A stretch of 62,429 bases of DNA, counting the filler. It is 8 parts of 8 records of this genome, joined end to end, with 100 filler letters (N's around TTAATTAATTAA, not from the genome) between each part and the next. Parts side by side here need not be neighbours in the genome. Positions count along the whole stretch, not along the records: positions 49,935 to 56,575 come from SRR31147125_33296; positions 56,676 to 62,429 come from SRR31147125_33300; 6 more parts are not named here. One strand, written 5' to 3'. Under the pieces are notes generated by a model. The model saw only the letters and a program-made list of their open reading frames with translations. It was not told the DNA's origin and searched no databases. Positions 51,976 through 62,429 of the stretch are shown here, piece after piece. Position numbers and translations under genes: made by a program. Numbering within the stretch: the first letter of the stretch is position 1; each line of letters starts with the position of its first letter.

Positions 51976-53454
51976 TTAATTGTTCCAACCACCATTACTG
52001 TAATCTTCACCAGCTACACCAGCACTTGCACCAAATGTATAGTAATCCATTTGCATTACATCAAGCTGAGAGCCCGGAATTGGGAAATGCAGAATGGTGC
52101 CTGATTGTAATAGGTCTTCTTTTCGCATCTCGAAGAATTGAATTCCCATACCTGAAAGCATCAATTCAACCATTCTTTCATAGTGAATTGCATCTTGTAT
52201 TGCTGTAGCATCAGCAGTTAATTCCGGTAGACCACCACGAGTAACACGAGCTGAAGCATTCATAATGTCGGCAGCTTCTTGCGTTTTTCCTGTTCTTAAT
52301 GCCGCTTCAGCAAGAAAGTAGTCGTTTTCGGCTTTGTAGAATACCGGCATTGGTTCAGTCCATGTAGCCAGATACTGATCTAAACGTGAATACCTGTACG
52401 AAGAGAAGTGGTAATAACCACGCTCTGCACGGAAAGGACAAGAACTTAAATATTCAAAGTCCGATTCAAGACGTGCATCTGCAGAAGAAGCTTCTCCATT
52501 ATTTGGCAGTTCAGTAAACAAGCCACTTGTCGGGAACGTTGCAGGCATATCCGGATCCATTAAATTAATTGTATACATATCTACTTGTCCCCAGCCACCA
52601 TAAACACTATAAGTTTGATACAACGAATACCAGGTAATATCATCGGCGAGCGGTGCAAAATCTTTTTGAATACCATTACTGGCATAAGTATAAACTTTAG
52701 ACCAGTCTGTAGCGGCATCTTCAGTGCTATTGCGTGCACCATAAACCAGAAAACGTGCCGCAAACGAACTTGCCAGTTGAGCAAACTCTGTACTTGTCCA
52801 TGCCTCGCCCGGTAGCCATTCAGTAGGAACAGTAAAAGAACCTGAATTACAAGCACTAATACACTTATCCATGCTTGCTACAGCAGCAGCCAATACATCC
52901 GAATAAGGTGAAGGTACGAGTTCAACAGACAAATCAGTGTCGTGCGTAATAATAAATGCCTGATCGTAAAGCAATCCGAGATACCCCAAAGTTACCCCTT
53001 GCACAAAATACCCCATGGCATTAACAAGGTCTGTTGTTCCATCGTCCATTTCAACACCATTATTAATGGTTTGCGCCAAAACATCGTTCGATTGCGACAG
53101 AATGGAATAAATAGTACTGTAATAATCTTCGGTAATTATAGCATTTGAATACGAAGGCTTATTATTAAATTCCAAACGCGGTTCGTTACCGAAATCGCGC
53201 ATACCTGCGTTTCCCCAGGAGCAAGTTCCTGCATCAGCTGCTACCCAAAGCGCTAAGCCCAGACCATCATATTGGTTTATTTGAAACCAACTATTTAATA
53301 AACCACCCGCAACACCTTTAATATCGGTGGGATTTGAAAAGGCGGTATCAAAATCCGGATCATTTAGGTTTTCTACAACCAAATCCTCACACGCTGTCAT
53401 CGAAGTTACGGTGATCAGCATAATTAAAATATATCTTAAACTTTTCATTGTCAA
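51976..53454 (-). CDS. susD: SusD/RagB family lipoprotein
   Basis: Lipobox MTAC; AE..FLAEAA, IHYERMVEL..G.QFFEMRK, FPIPGSQ. Confidence 0.9.
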   Translation of the reverse strand: MTMKSLRYILIMLITVTSMTACEDLVVENLNDPDFDTAFSNPTDIKGVAGGLLNSWFQINQYDGLGLALWVAADAGTCSWGNAGMRDFGNEPRLEFNNKPSYSNAIITEDYYSTIYSILSQSNDVLAQTINNGVEMDDGTTDLVNAMGYFVQGVTLGYLGLLYDQAFIITHDTDLSVELVPSPYSDVLAAAVASMDKCISACNSGSFTVPTEWLPGEAWTSTEFAQLASSFAARFLVYGARNSTEDAATDWSKVYTYASNGIQKDFAPLADDITWYSLYQTYSVYGGWGQVDMYTINLMDPDMPATFPTSGLFTELPNNGEASSADARLESDFEYLSSCPFRAERGYYHFSSYRYSRLDQYLATWTEPMPVFYKAENDYFLAEAALRTGKTQEAADIMNASARVTRGGLPELTADATAIQDAIHYERMVELMLSGMGIQFFEMRKEDLLQSGTILHFPIPGSQLDVMQMDYYTFGASAGVAGEDYSNGGWNN

Positions 53455-53466
53455 TTCTTTTAATGT

Positions 53467-56400
53467 TTAAAATTTTAATTCCAGAGATGCTGAAAACGAC
53501 CTGAAATTCGGATAACCCATAAAATCGAATGCATAAATCTGAGTTCCATTGGTAGTTCCAACTTCAGGGTCAAAACCAGTATAATTTGTAAAAGTAACCA
53601 GGTTACGTCCAATTACCGATAGTTTAGCTCCTTTAATAAAACCTGAAGCTACTTTATCTAACATTCCTTGTGGCATATTATACGACAAAGATACCTCGCG
53701 TAGTTTCACATAAGTTCCGTCTTCAATCCAGAAGTCATTAAATTCGTTGGTATCGTAAAATGCTTTGTAGTAATCCAGTGCTTTTTTCTCATTTGCAGCT
53801 TTCCCGGCCTGGTCCATCATTCCATGGCGGTCGTCACGTGTCAGCCATTGTGCTGTTCTGTTATAAACATCCCCACCTTGTTTCCAATCGAATAAGAAAT
53901 AAAGAGCGAATCCTTTATATGCAAGAGTGGATGAAAGACCAACTTTGAAGTCTGGATTTGAATCACCTGTTTTAATAAAAGCAGTATTTCCATCTTCGTC
54001 CAATTGTTTAATTGGAGCCTCTGAAGTTGTACCTTCAGTTCCTTGCTCAATTACATAGCCATCGGCATTCACAGTATAGTCTTCTATACCACCTGCCATA
54101 TGTTCAATCTGACTGCTCAGCTCATCCATAGATGTAAGGAAGTGCGCTCCATACATAACACCGAATGTTTCTCCTTCGCGGATATAGAAACATTTGTTTG
54201 CTTCCTGTCCTTCAGGACCAGTTTGATAAGGAGGAATGTTTAACTCTGTAATTTTTGTGCGTGTACGGTCAAAAACAAAATTTGCATCCCACGTAAAATC
54301 AGAAGTTTTAACAATCTTCGCACCTAATGATGCTTCAATGGTTTTTGCTTCAAGCGTACCTGCATTTATCCACTGAGTACTCCATCCATTATCTGATGAA
54401 GCCAAAGGTGCTTCAAGGAATTGATCTTCGGTAACTCCATTGGCGTAAACAGCACTAAAACTAAAACGATTTAAGAAATCCACATCAAAACCTACTTCCA
54501 TTTCTTTTGTATGCGAAGGTTTTAAGTCTTTATTCCCTTTATGCAATTTGCTTGTCGTACCGTTTGAAACTGACATTACTTCGTATTGTGCCGCGAAAGG
54601 AGGCCTTTGTCCGGCAGTACCATAAGCGGCTCTTAATTTCATCTCCTGAATTCCATCAATTTTGAAGTCTTCACTAATCCTCCACGCACCTGAAACACGG
54701 AAATAAGGCTGCCATCTTTCATTCTCACCAAACAAAGAAGAACCATCGTAACGGTACATTCCGTCAAATATGTATTTGTCTTTATAGTCGACATATAAAA
54801 TACCAAAAATATTGTTGGCTACAATCTGTCTTTGATAAGAAGTAGAACTAATATTTCCTTTAATCGCATCGAAGCTTGGTACTTCTTTTACACCAAAGTC
54901 ATATCCTGTCGAAGAGAAACTTTGATATTCTTCATTTTCGTATAAATAACTGGCTTTTGCCCTAAGGTTAATATCTCCAATATTTTTAGAATAGAAGAGG
55001 TTAGCCTGTGCTCTTTCTGCAAATAATTTTGAAGAATACTTGTAGTATTGACCTTCTGAATAAATTGGGTCACCACTACTTGTGGTATACGTATCGTAAG
55101 GTGCAAAATATGTATTTAATTCAGTTGTATTCTCAAATGAATATTCTGCTTTAAATTTTAAATCTGATGTGATTTCCCAATCTAAAGAATAGCTTCCTAA
55201 AAAACGATCACGTTCAAGTTCGTCTTCTTGTTTCCATAAATTATAAAGTGGATTTGTGGTAGTTGCCTGCCACGGATCGGGAATATACGAATAAGGTTGT
55301 CCGTCAGGATTTGGCAACATTAAATCAACATCGGGTGCGGTTAACAGCAAATTAAAAAATACACCTCCATTGTATTTACTGTCTCCACCCGGATAATTTT
55401 GTTTTGCTTTTACAAATAAATTACTGGTAGAAACCGAGAGTTTATCAGAAAGCCTGTGGTCGATGTTTACCCTGTAACTATTCCTCGAGTATCCATCTGT
55501 TTCAAAAAGAATACCACCGTGTTTGTAATTTTCGAATGATGCAAGGAAATTCGTTTTCCCCGTATTATTCTGCAAACTTATATAGTTGGTGTAAAACTCA
55601 CTTCCATTGAACATTTCTCCCTGATGATCATTATACATCCTATAAGGATTATCCATATAGTGATTACCTTCCAACGTTGGGTTTCCCACTATTTCACTAC
55701 TATAACCGCCGTTATATCCTGAAGGATAGGAAACACCATCGAACTTCGTGTAAGTTGAAACACTTTCCCAGTCAGAGGCAAGATTAAAGGCATGCGATTC
55801 AGAAACATCGTAACTGTTAGCAACACGGTTTACTCCATATTCGTTACGAAATGTAATAACAGATTCGCCACTGGCTAATCCTTTACCACGTTTTGTCGTT
55901 ACAACAACAACACCGTTACCTGCCTGAGAACCATACAATGCAGATGCAGAAGCACCTTTTACAACTTCGATCGACTCAACATCGTCAACATTAATATCGG
56001 CAAGTGTTCCTTGCATTTGAACTCCGTCGACAATAATTAAAGGAGCCTGACTACCTGAAATTTGTGTAGCACCACGCACCAAAATTGTAGAACCCGAACC
56101 AGGCTCACCAGTTGAGCTGGTAACTGTTACACCAGCCATTTTGCCTTGTAAGGCTCCGGCAGCTGACGACGCAGGCACTTCTTTTAACTCACTCTCTCCT
56201 ACTCTGCCAACCGAAACCGAAAGTTTTTTTCTTGGCGTTTCAGATGAAACCCCTGAAACAACAATTTCGTCAATACCGAAAATGTCGGGTTCTAAGGTTA
56301 CGTTGAATGTTGTTTGGTTTCCTACTGGTACTTCAACAGTTTTCATACCAACAAATGAGACAAGTAGGGTCTTTGCATCGGCCGGAACCTTCATGGTGAA

Positions 56401-56575
56401 ATTACCGTCAATATCGGTAATTGTACCTAATGTTGTTCCTTTAACCATAATTGATGCGCCAGGAACCGTAGAACCATCTTCTGAAGTAGTAATAACTCCG
56501 GAAATGTCCTTGGTTTGCGCAAATAGCAATTGGCTTCCTGTAAAAAGCACAACTGCAATCAACAGCATGATTTTT
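53467..56575 (-). CDS. susC: SusC/RagA TonB-dependent transporter (start probably just beyond the contig edge)
   Basis: GTITDIDGNF, PLIIVDGV, SIEVVKGASASALYGSQAGNGVVVVTTKRG, YTGFDPE, terminal Phe. Confidence 0.96.
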
Positions 56576-56675
56576 NNNNNNNNNNNNNNNNNNNNNNNNN
56601 NNNNNNNNNNNNNNNNNNNTTAATTAATTAANNNNNNNNNNNNNNNNNNNNNNNNNNNNNNNNNNNNNNNNNNNN
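56576..56675. other. Artificial contig linker
   Basis: N44-TTAATTAATTAA-N44. Confidence 0.99.
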
Positions 56676-56793
56676 GGGGTACCCTGAGCACTGAATTCTT
56701 GATAAATTGGAAAATTTATTGTAAATTTAATAACTTATCAATTTTTGTTTTAAACGATCGAAAATGCTAAAAAAACGGAACAGATATTCACAA

Positions 56794-57351
56794 ATGACAA
56801 ATACCACACTCTGCCTCCTTGCGATTGGTTTAGCCATGGATGCTGTCGCCGTATCGATTTCAAGTGGGTTGACGATAAAAGATCTCAAAATTTTTGATGC
56901 TGTTTTCATTGCTCTCTTTTTTGGCCTATTTCAAGCCCTTATGCCGCTAATAGGGTGGATTGCCGGCGTAAGCGTCAAGGACCTCATTTCAGATATAGAC
57001 CACTGGATTGCCTTTGTTTTGTTGGGTTTCATTGGATGTAAAATGATTCTCGAAGCGATAAAACCAGACCATAACAAAAAAAACATAAATGCTCTCAATT
57101 TCTCTGTTTTACTCATTCTGTCTGTTGCAACCAGCATTGACGCCCTGGCTGCCGGCCTGAGCTTTGGTTGTTTAAATGTATATATTTTCAGGGCCATCAC
57201 GGTGATCGGTATCATCACGTTTCTTCTTTCACTGATAGGCGTATTTATAGGTCATAAATTCGGGAAATTTTTAGAGCATAAAATTGAAATCGTGGGGGGA
57301 CTCTTGTTAATTGCGATCGGGGTTAAGATACTTGTTGACCATATGAGCTAG
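56794..57351 (+). CDS. mntP: Manganese efflux pump MntP
   Basis: GLAMDAVAVS, FGLFQALMP, DHWIAF, ATSIDALAAG, EIVGG. Confidence 0.93.
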   Translation: MTNTTLCLLAIGLAMDAVAVSISSGLTIKDLKIFDAVFIALFFGLFQALMPLIGWIAGVSVKDLISDIDHWIAFVLLGFIGCKMILEAIKPDHNKKNINALNFSVLLILSVATSIDALAAGLSFGCLNVYIFRAITVIGIITFLLSLIGVFIGHKFGKFLEHKIEIVGGLLLIAIGVKILVDHMS

Positions 57352-57543
57352 TATGTCGGATTCCCTTTTTCAGACAAACCTGATTTTTTTCACCTGGAAT
57401 TCCTAATTTTTTCTTTTTCGCTGGCTACACAGTTTATATCAAACAATACCGATAATCTCCTCCAGGCTCATGCTCCAGGTAAAGCAATCCGCATTAAAGA
57501 GGACTCTTGAAAACAATTATGTCTTTTCACTATGAAAAGACAC

Positions 57544-57572
57544 TTGCATTAACTATAAAAAAATATTACTAT
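57544..57572 (+). promoter_or_regulatory. Putative sigma-70 promoter of the paaK operon
   Basis: TTGCAT-N17-TACTAT. Confidence 0.55.
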
Positions 57573-57633
57573 ATATAAAACATTTGCCTGAAAATAAGGA
57601 TAGTATATTACATAGACAGGAGAAGAATAGAAC

Positions 57634-58932
57634 ATGATCTGGAACGAACCATATGAATGCATGGAACGGGGAGCGCTCAATCAGCTCCAGGGAGACCGAT
57701 TGAAGAAAATGGTGGAAAGGCTTTATTATAACGTACCTTTTTATCGTAAAAAACTACAGGAAATCGGCATGGAACCCGCAGATGTAACCGGGATAGAAGA
57801 TCTAAAACATCTCCCCTTCACCACGAAACAGGATCTTCGGGATAATTATCCGTTCAGCCTGTTCGCTGTACCAATGAGTGAAATCGTTCGCCTGCACGCC
57901 TCCAGTGGAACAACCGGTCATCCAACGGTTGTGGGTTATACACGAAGGGATATCACTCTATGGTCTGAAGTCGTAGCCAGATCACTCAGTTGTGCCGGAG
58001 CCGGTAAAAATGATGTGGTGCAGATTGCTTATGGTTACGGATTGTTTACTGGTGGGCTGGGTATGCATTATGGTACGGAGAAATTAGGTGCCACGGTCAT
58101 CCCAATTTCCGGTGGTAACACAAAAAAACAAATTCAACTGATGAAAGACTTTGGCAGTACTGTTTTAGCGTGCACACCCTCTTACGCTCTTTACCTTGCC
58201 GAAGCCATCGAAGAAAATAATATATCCCTGCAAAATCTTTCCTTGCGTATTGGTATCTTTGGGGCAGAACCCTGGACAGAAAATATGCGCAAAGAAATCG
58301 AAAACAAACTAAACATAAAGGCCATTGACATCTATGGTCTCAGCGAAGTCATAGGTCCCGGCGTCTCTATGGAGTGTGAGCATCAATGTGGTTTGCACGT
58401 TTTTGAAGATCATTTCATCCCGGAAATCATTGATCCGGAAACACTAAAAGTTGTCGAGCCAGGTCAAATTGGCGAACTGGTTTTTACCACAGTGACCAAG
58501 GAAGGGCTGCCCCTGTTGCGATATCGTACCCGAGACCTTACTTTTCTGAATTATGAAAAATGCGAATGTGGCCGTACCATGGTGAGAATGCAAAAGTGTA
58601 TGGGCCGCTCCGATGACATGCTTATTATTCGCGGCGTAAATGTCTTCCCATCCCAAATTGAAAGTGTTCTGTTTGAAATGAGCGAAACCAAACCTCACTA
58701 CCTGCTCATTGTTGACCGTGTCAATAACCTGGACATCCTTGAGGTATGGGTTGAAGTTGACAGCCAGTTTTTTTCAGACGAAATCAAAAGACTGGAATCC
58801 CTGTCTGCCCGAATCAAAAATAATATCGAAAGCACATTAGGTATCAGTGTCAAGGTCAAACTCGTAGAGCCAAAAACCATCGAACGAAGTGAAGGTAAGG
58901 CCAAACGCGTTATTGATAAACGGAAATTATAA
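57634..58932 (+). CDS. paaK: Phenylacetate-CoA ligase
   Basis: [66 protein letters not shown]. Confidence 0.95.
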   Translation: MIWNEPYECMERGALNQLQGDRLKKMVERLYYNVPFYRKKLQEIGMEPADVTGIEDLKHLPFTTKQDLRDNYPFSLFAVPMSEIVRLHASSGTTGHPTVVGYTRRDITLWSEVVARSLSCAGAGKNDVVQIAYGYGLFTGGLGMHYGTEKLGATVIPISGGNTKKQIQLMKDFGSTVLACTPSYALYLAEAIEENNISLQNLSLRIGIFGAEPWTENMRKEIENKLNIKAIDIYGLSEVIGPGVSMECEHQCGLHVFEDHFIPEIIDPETLKVVEPGQIGELVFTTVTKEGLPLLRYRTRDLTFLNYEKCECGRTMVRMQKCMGRSDDMLIIRGVNVFPSQIESVLFEMSETKPHYLLIVDRVNNLDILEVWVEVDSQFFSDEIKRLESLSARIKNNIESTLGISVKVKLVEPKTIERSEGKAKRVIDKRKL

Positions 58933-58945
58933 GGAGAAATTTATA

Positions 58946-59371
58946 ATGATAATAAAACAATTATCTGTTTTTTTAGAAAATAAATCAGGTCGACTTACAG
59001 AAGTCACTGAAACGCTGGCGCAGCAGGATATTAATATATCCGCCCTGAGCCTTGCTGATACGGAAGAATATGGGATTCTCAGACTCATCGTGAATCATCC
59101 GGACAAAGCTGTAGAAGCCCTGAAGAAACAGGATTTTTCAGTTCACCTGACAGATGTTATTTGTTTAATTATGCCGCACCAACCCGGAGCTCTGGCAAGA
59201 GCTTTAAAAATCTTATCCAACGCAGGGATCAGCATAGAATATGTTTATGCGTTTGCTTTTGGAGAAAAAGCGTCAGTTGTCATTCGAACTGAAGAACCGG
59301 AAAGGGCCATAAAGACCCTGCAGGACCAAAAAATGGAATTATTAAAGGCGAGTGAAATCTACGAGCTTTAG
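58946..59371 (+). CDS. Tandem ACT domain protein
   Basis: KQLSVFLENKSGRL, INISALSLADT..YGILRLIV, PGAL, IEYVYAF. Confidence 0.92.
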   Translation: MIIKQLSVFLENKSGRLTEVTETLAQQDINISALSLADTEEYGILRLIVNHPDKAVEALKKQDFSVHLTDVICLIMPHQPGALARALKILSNAGISIEYVYAFAFGEKASVVIRTEEPERAIKTLQDQKMELLKASEIYEL

Positions 59372-59510
59372 TTTTTTCAGCTTTTATTTCCTGAATCACA
59401 ATATCACATAACCATTATTATTTAAACAAACTGACTCATTTGAGTGCGTTTCTCCCGGTATAACAATCCTGTTGAGGCGTGAGAGTCTATTACTATCCAG
59501 GGAGGATTTC

Positions 59511-60710
59511 ATGTTAGAATTTTCACAATCAGCGAAGCATATGAGAACCTCAGAGATCAGGGATCTTATGGAACTTGCCACAAGACCAGATATCATCTCG
59601 TTCGCAGGCGGCATGCCAAACAATAACCTCTTTCCCATAAAACAACTTGATGACATATATGCACATCTTTCTGAAGAGTCGAAAAAAGCCGGATTTCAAT
59701 ATGGTCCAACAGGGGGCTATCCCCCTCTCCTGGAATCTCTGAAAGAATATTTACGCGATAAAGGTTTACCTGTTGACTCTAATGAGCTCATCATCACAAC
59801 CGGTTCACTACAAGCGATCAATCTGGTTGCCAAAGTCTTTCTGGATCCTGATGACCAAATCATAACAGAAACACCCTGCTTTATCGGAGCGACTTCTGCT
59901 TTTTATTCTTATCAGGCGCAAATAGTGGGGATTCCTGTCGATGAGGATGGGATTATTATCTCGGAACTAAAAAAAGCCTTAACAGGTCGAGCCAGGAATG
60001 CAAAAATTTTATATATCACACCCTATTTTCACAACCCGGCCGGTATTATCTATAGCAAAAAACGAAAAGAGGAACTGTTAGCATTACTGCAGGAACATAA
60101 AATCCTTCTAATGGAAGATGATGCCTATGGTGAGCTCTATTTTGATAAAAAAGATAAAGAATTGACCATCCCTCTCAAAGTACTGGCTAAAGAGCAAGTT
60201 CCTATTTGTTATACCGGATCCTTTTCTAAAATATTTGGCCCTGGTATGCGTCTGGGTTGGTTACTGGCGTCTCCTGACATTATTGAAAAATGTTCGCTGG
60301 CCAAACAATCTATCGATGCCTGTTCATCTACATTCACACAGATGCTGGCAAACGAATTCCTTGTACAGAAAAAGCTGCCGGGATATTTACAGAGCCTGCG
60401 AAAAGCCTATTCGCAAAGACGGGATATTATGCTGCAAAGTTTGAAAGAATACATGCCAGCGGAAATAAAATGGACCGAACCACGGGGTGGATTTTATATC
60501 TGGCTCACCTTACCCGAATATATGGATGCTACAGAGATATTGAAATCAAGCATTGAAAAAGGAGCTGTATTTGTCATTGGCAAAACGTTCGATCCTGAAG
60601 GTGTACGCAACAATTGCCTGAGACTTGCATTCTCTCACACGCCGGAAGATAAAATATATAAAGGCGTTAAAATCATTGCTGAAGCAGTTCGAGAATTCAC
60701 TAAAAACTAA
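59511..60710 (+). CDS. PLP-dependent aminotransferase, class I/II (LysN/aromatic-type)
   Basis: SEIRDL, ISFAGGMP, FHNPAG, EDDAY, GSFSKIFGPGMRLGW; RBS GGAGG. Confidence 0.92.
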   Translation: MLEFSQSAKHMRTSEIRDLMELATRPDIISFAGGMPNNNLFPIKQLDDIYAHLSEESKKAGFQYGPTGGYPPLLESLKEYLRDKGLPVDSNELIITTGSLQAINLVAKVFLDPDDQIITETPCFIGATSAFYSYQAQIVGIPVDEDGIIISELKKALTGRARNAKILYITPYFHNPAGIIYSKKRKEELLALLQEHKILLMEDDAYGELYFDKKDKELTIPLKVLAKEQVPICYTGSFSKIFGPGMRLGWLLASPDIIEKCSLAKQSIDACSSTFTQMLANEFLVQKKLPGYLQSLRKAYSQRRDIMLQSLKEYMPAEIKWTEPRGGFYIWLTLPEYMDATEILKSSIEKGAVFVIGKTFDPEGVRNNCLRLAFSHTPEDKIYKGVKIIAEAVREFTKN

Positions 60711-61134
60711 TTCGTTTACAACTTTTTTCAAAATTTATAAACGAATTGGCAGCATATGTAAAACAAACGATAGTGATATTTAACATGCCAGCGTTGTTTA
60801 AAACAGCAAAGCTGGCATGTTTTCCAGGTACTCTTTCTATCTTGTCAAAATCAAATAACGTCATGTTTTAATAAAGTATATGATATCGTTTTTTATTAAT
60901 ACCCGGGTCTTGCTCACGTAACATTTTTTATTATTCTGTGCTAACCATACAGTTGTTTCAAAACAAATTCGAACTGAAAAGCCAATAAAAAAACAACCAG
61001 GGCTTCCTTGTTTCTGTTCGTTTGAGATGACAAGAATCCTGAAAAACACATCTAACTGGAAAAATTGAAATAATGTCTTGTAAAGTCATTGTTTAATAAC
61101 AATAACAAACATCATCTTTGGGATTACAACAAAT

Positions 61135-61602
61135 ATGAAATTTCGAATTCTAACAGTAGGTAAATTAGAAAATAAACATTACAAGGCATTGAGTGAGGAA
61201 TACACAAAAAGAATTTCTCACTATCTTTCAATTGAAGTCGATTCGGTAAAACAGGAAAAAATAAAGAGTTTTTCAAATAATGAAATTCTGGCAAGAGAGG
61301 CGGGTCGACTTGAACAAAAGATGAATATTCGGGATTTTACCATTGCCATGGACAAAGAAGGAAAACAGATGTCTTCGGAGATGCTATCTGATTACATTAA
61401 CAGCCTGGCCATGCGAGGAATCAAACAGGTTACATTCATTATTGGGGGCCCATTGGGATTAGATTCCGAATTTCTGAAAAAAACGCAGCTGAAACTCTCG
61501 CTATCCAAAATGACTCTTGCACATGAAATGGCTACTGTTTTTCTGCTTGAACAACTGTACAGAGCTCTCACCATTTTGCGAGGTGAAAAATATCACAAAT
61601 AG
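61135..61602 (+). CDS. rlmH: 23S rRNA pseudouridine-1915 N3-methyltransferase
   Basis: TVGK, FIIGGPLG, LSLSKMTLAH, LEQLYRA, YHK terminus. Confidence 0.95.
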   Translation: MKFRILTVGKLENKHYKALSEEYTKRISHYLSIEVDSVKQEKIKSFSNNEILAREAGRLEQKMNIRDFTIAMDKEGKQMSSEMLSDYINSLAMRGIKQVTFIIGGPLGLDSEFLKKTQLKLSLSKMTLAHEMATVFLLEQLYRALTILRGEKYHK

Positions 61603-61821
61603 TCTTTTCCTGCCGTGTATTTTAACACCATATGACAGATTACTAAAATACTGCCAACCTTGTTCTTTGTGATTTAATCATATTCATTTATATCCCCGGG
61701 AAAAAACAAACTCCACCCTTAGGAGAAGATGGAGCCACATATCCTCATTCAATACCTATCCCTAGTTGGAACATAATATTTTTTTGCGTAAAAGGTATAG
61801 GTTATTTAACATAATTTTATT

Positions 61822-62052
61822 CTACTCTAAAATCTCCAATGTAGCATGCTTGCCAGCCTTTCGGGCAACGGCACTTAGCAGTACACGAATTGCATGTGCG
61901 GTTCGACCGTTTTTACCAATGACTTTGCCCATATCCGGCTGTGCAACTTTCAACTCGTAAACAACAGTCGTTTCACCGAAAACCTCTGAAACCTTTACTT
62001 CTTCAGGATTATCAACTAGATGCTTTACCACATACTCTACAAATTCTTTCAT
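61822..62052 (-). CDS. khpA: KH-domain RNA-binding protein KhpA (YlqC)
   Basis: MKEFVEYVVKHLVDNPE, DMGKVIGKNGRTA. Confidence 0.93.
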   Translation of the reverse strand: MKEFVEYVVKHLVDNPEEVKVSEVFGETTVVYELKVAQPDMGKVIGKNGRTAHAIRVLLSAVARKAGKHATLEILE

Positions 62053-62429
62053 TGCGTGCTCCCCTTCCAGCTTTCGTTAATACGTCTAATGGCTAAATAA
62101 CATCTCCATGGGATGCCAACATTGGCCAATTGTTAAATATGTGCTTATACATTTCAGATCGCAATCATGTCTAAAGCCCATATTTTTCCAACCTTAGTTA
62201 ATATATCATTAACATTTTTGAATGTCAAGCAAAAAAGATTTTTTTTCAAATCTCTCATAATCAAACAATTTGAACACCTGTAAATATCACCACACAGATA
62301 AATAAAAATCTATCATATTTTTTCAGGAAATTTAAACAATTAACGCAAACTATGCGGTATTCATTTCACGATTATGCACATTCACATATTAGCGACATAC
62401 TAATTGTTTCACACAAAATGTTTAATATT

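Noticed and set aside
56676-56793. yybP-ykoY manganese riboswitch expected upstream of mntP
   Set aside because: No recognisable aptamer in the available sequence; it may lie beyond the contig edge.

Overview
This window is not one locus. It is eight unrelated contigs joined by 100-nt linkers (44 N + TTAATTAATTAA + 44 N), so gene neighbourhoods only hold within a contig. Several contigs carry single-base homopolymer indels that split genes. Taxonomic labels below are inferred from gene content. (1) 1-5292, Bacteroidota-like: sugar mutarotase, MntA/HepT toxin-antitoxin pair with a stop at the toxin's conserved Tyr, GH29 fucosidase, beta-propeller glycosidase, and many REP-like palindromes. (2) 5393-12894, FCB/KSB1-like: SBBP-repeat secreted protein, a three-domain sialidase-like protein, GH3, and a RAYT/REP remnant. 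(3) 12995-23744, Clostridia-like: yqeK, nadD, VanX-like peptidase, L,D-transpeptidase, dnaX-ybaB-recR, tRNA-Arg(CCT) with downstream structured repeats, and a sigma54-driven permease-DUF917-hydantoinase operon. (4) 23845-31931, Clostridia-like: LacI-xylA-xylB, response regulator, hybrid kinase, MCP. (5) 32032-42257, Desulfobacterales-like: tRNA-Arg 3' end, a GT4 plus methyltransferase pair resembling mycobacterial ManT/MeT1, GDSL esterase, HEAT membrane protein, CPBP protease, and thiBPQ under a TPP riboswitch. (6) 42358-49834: an AT-rich accessory island with a small ORF, a Rad50/RloC-like zinc-hook ABC ATPase, a RecD-like SF1B helicase with a long unknown N-terminus, and an HhH-GPD glycosylase-like gene. 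This is the best candidate for an undescribed, probably anti-phage, system. (7) 49935-56575, Bacteroidota: SusC, SusD, lipoprotein, arylsulfotransferase. (8) 56676-62429: mntP, paaK-ACT-aminotransferase, rlmH, khpA. All family calls come from motif recognition; no database searches were run.
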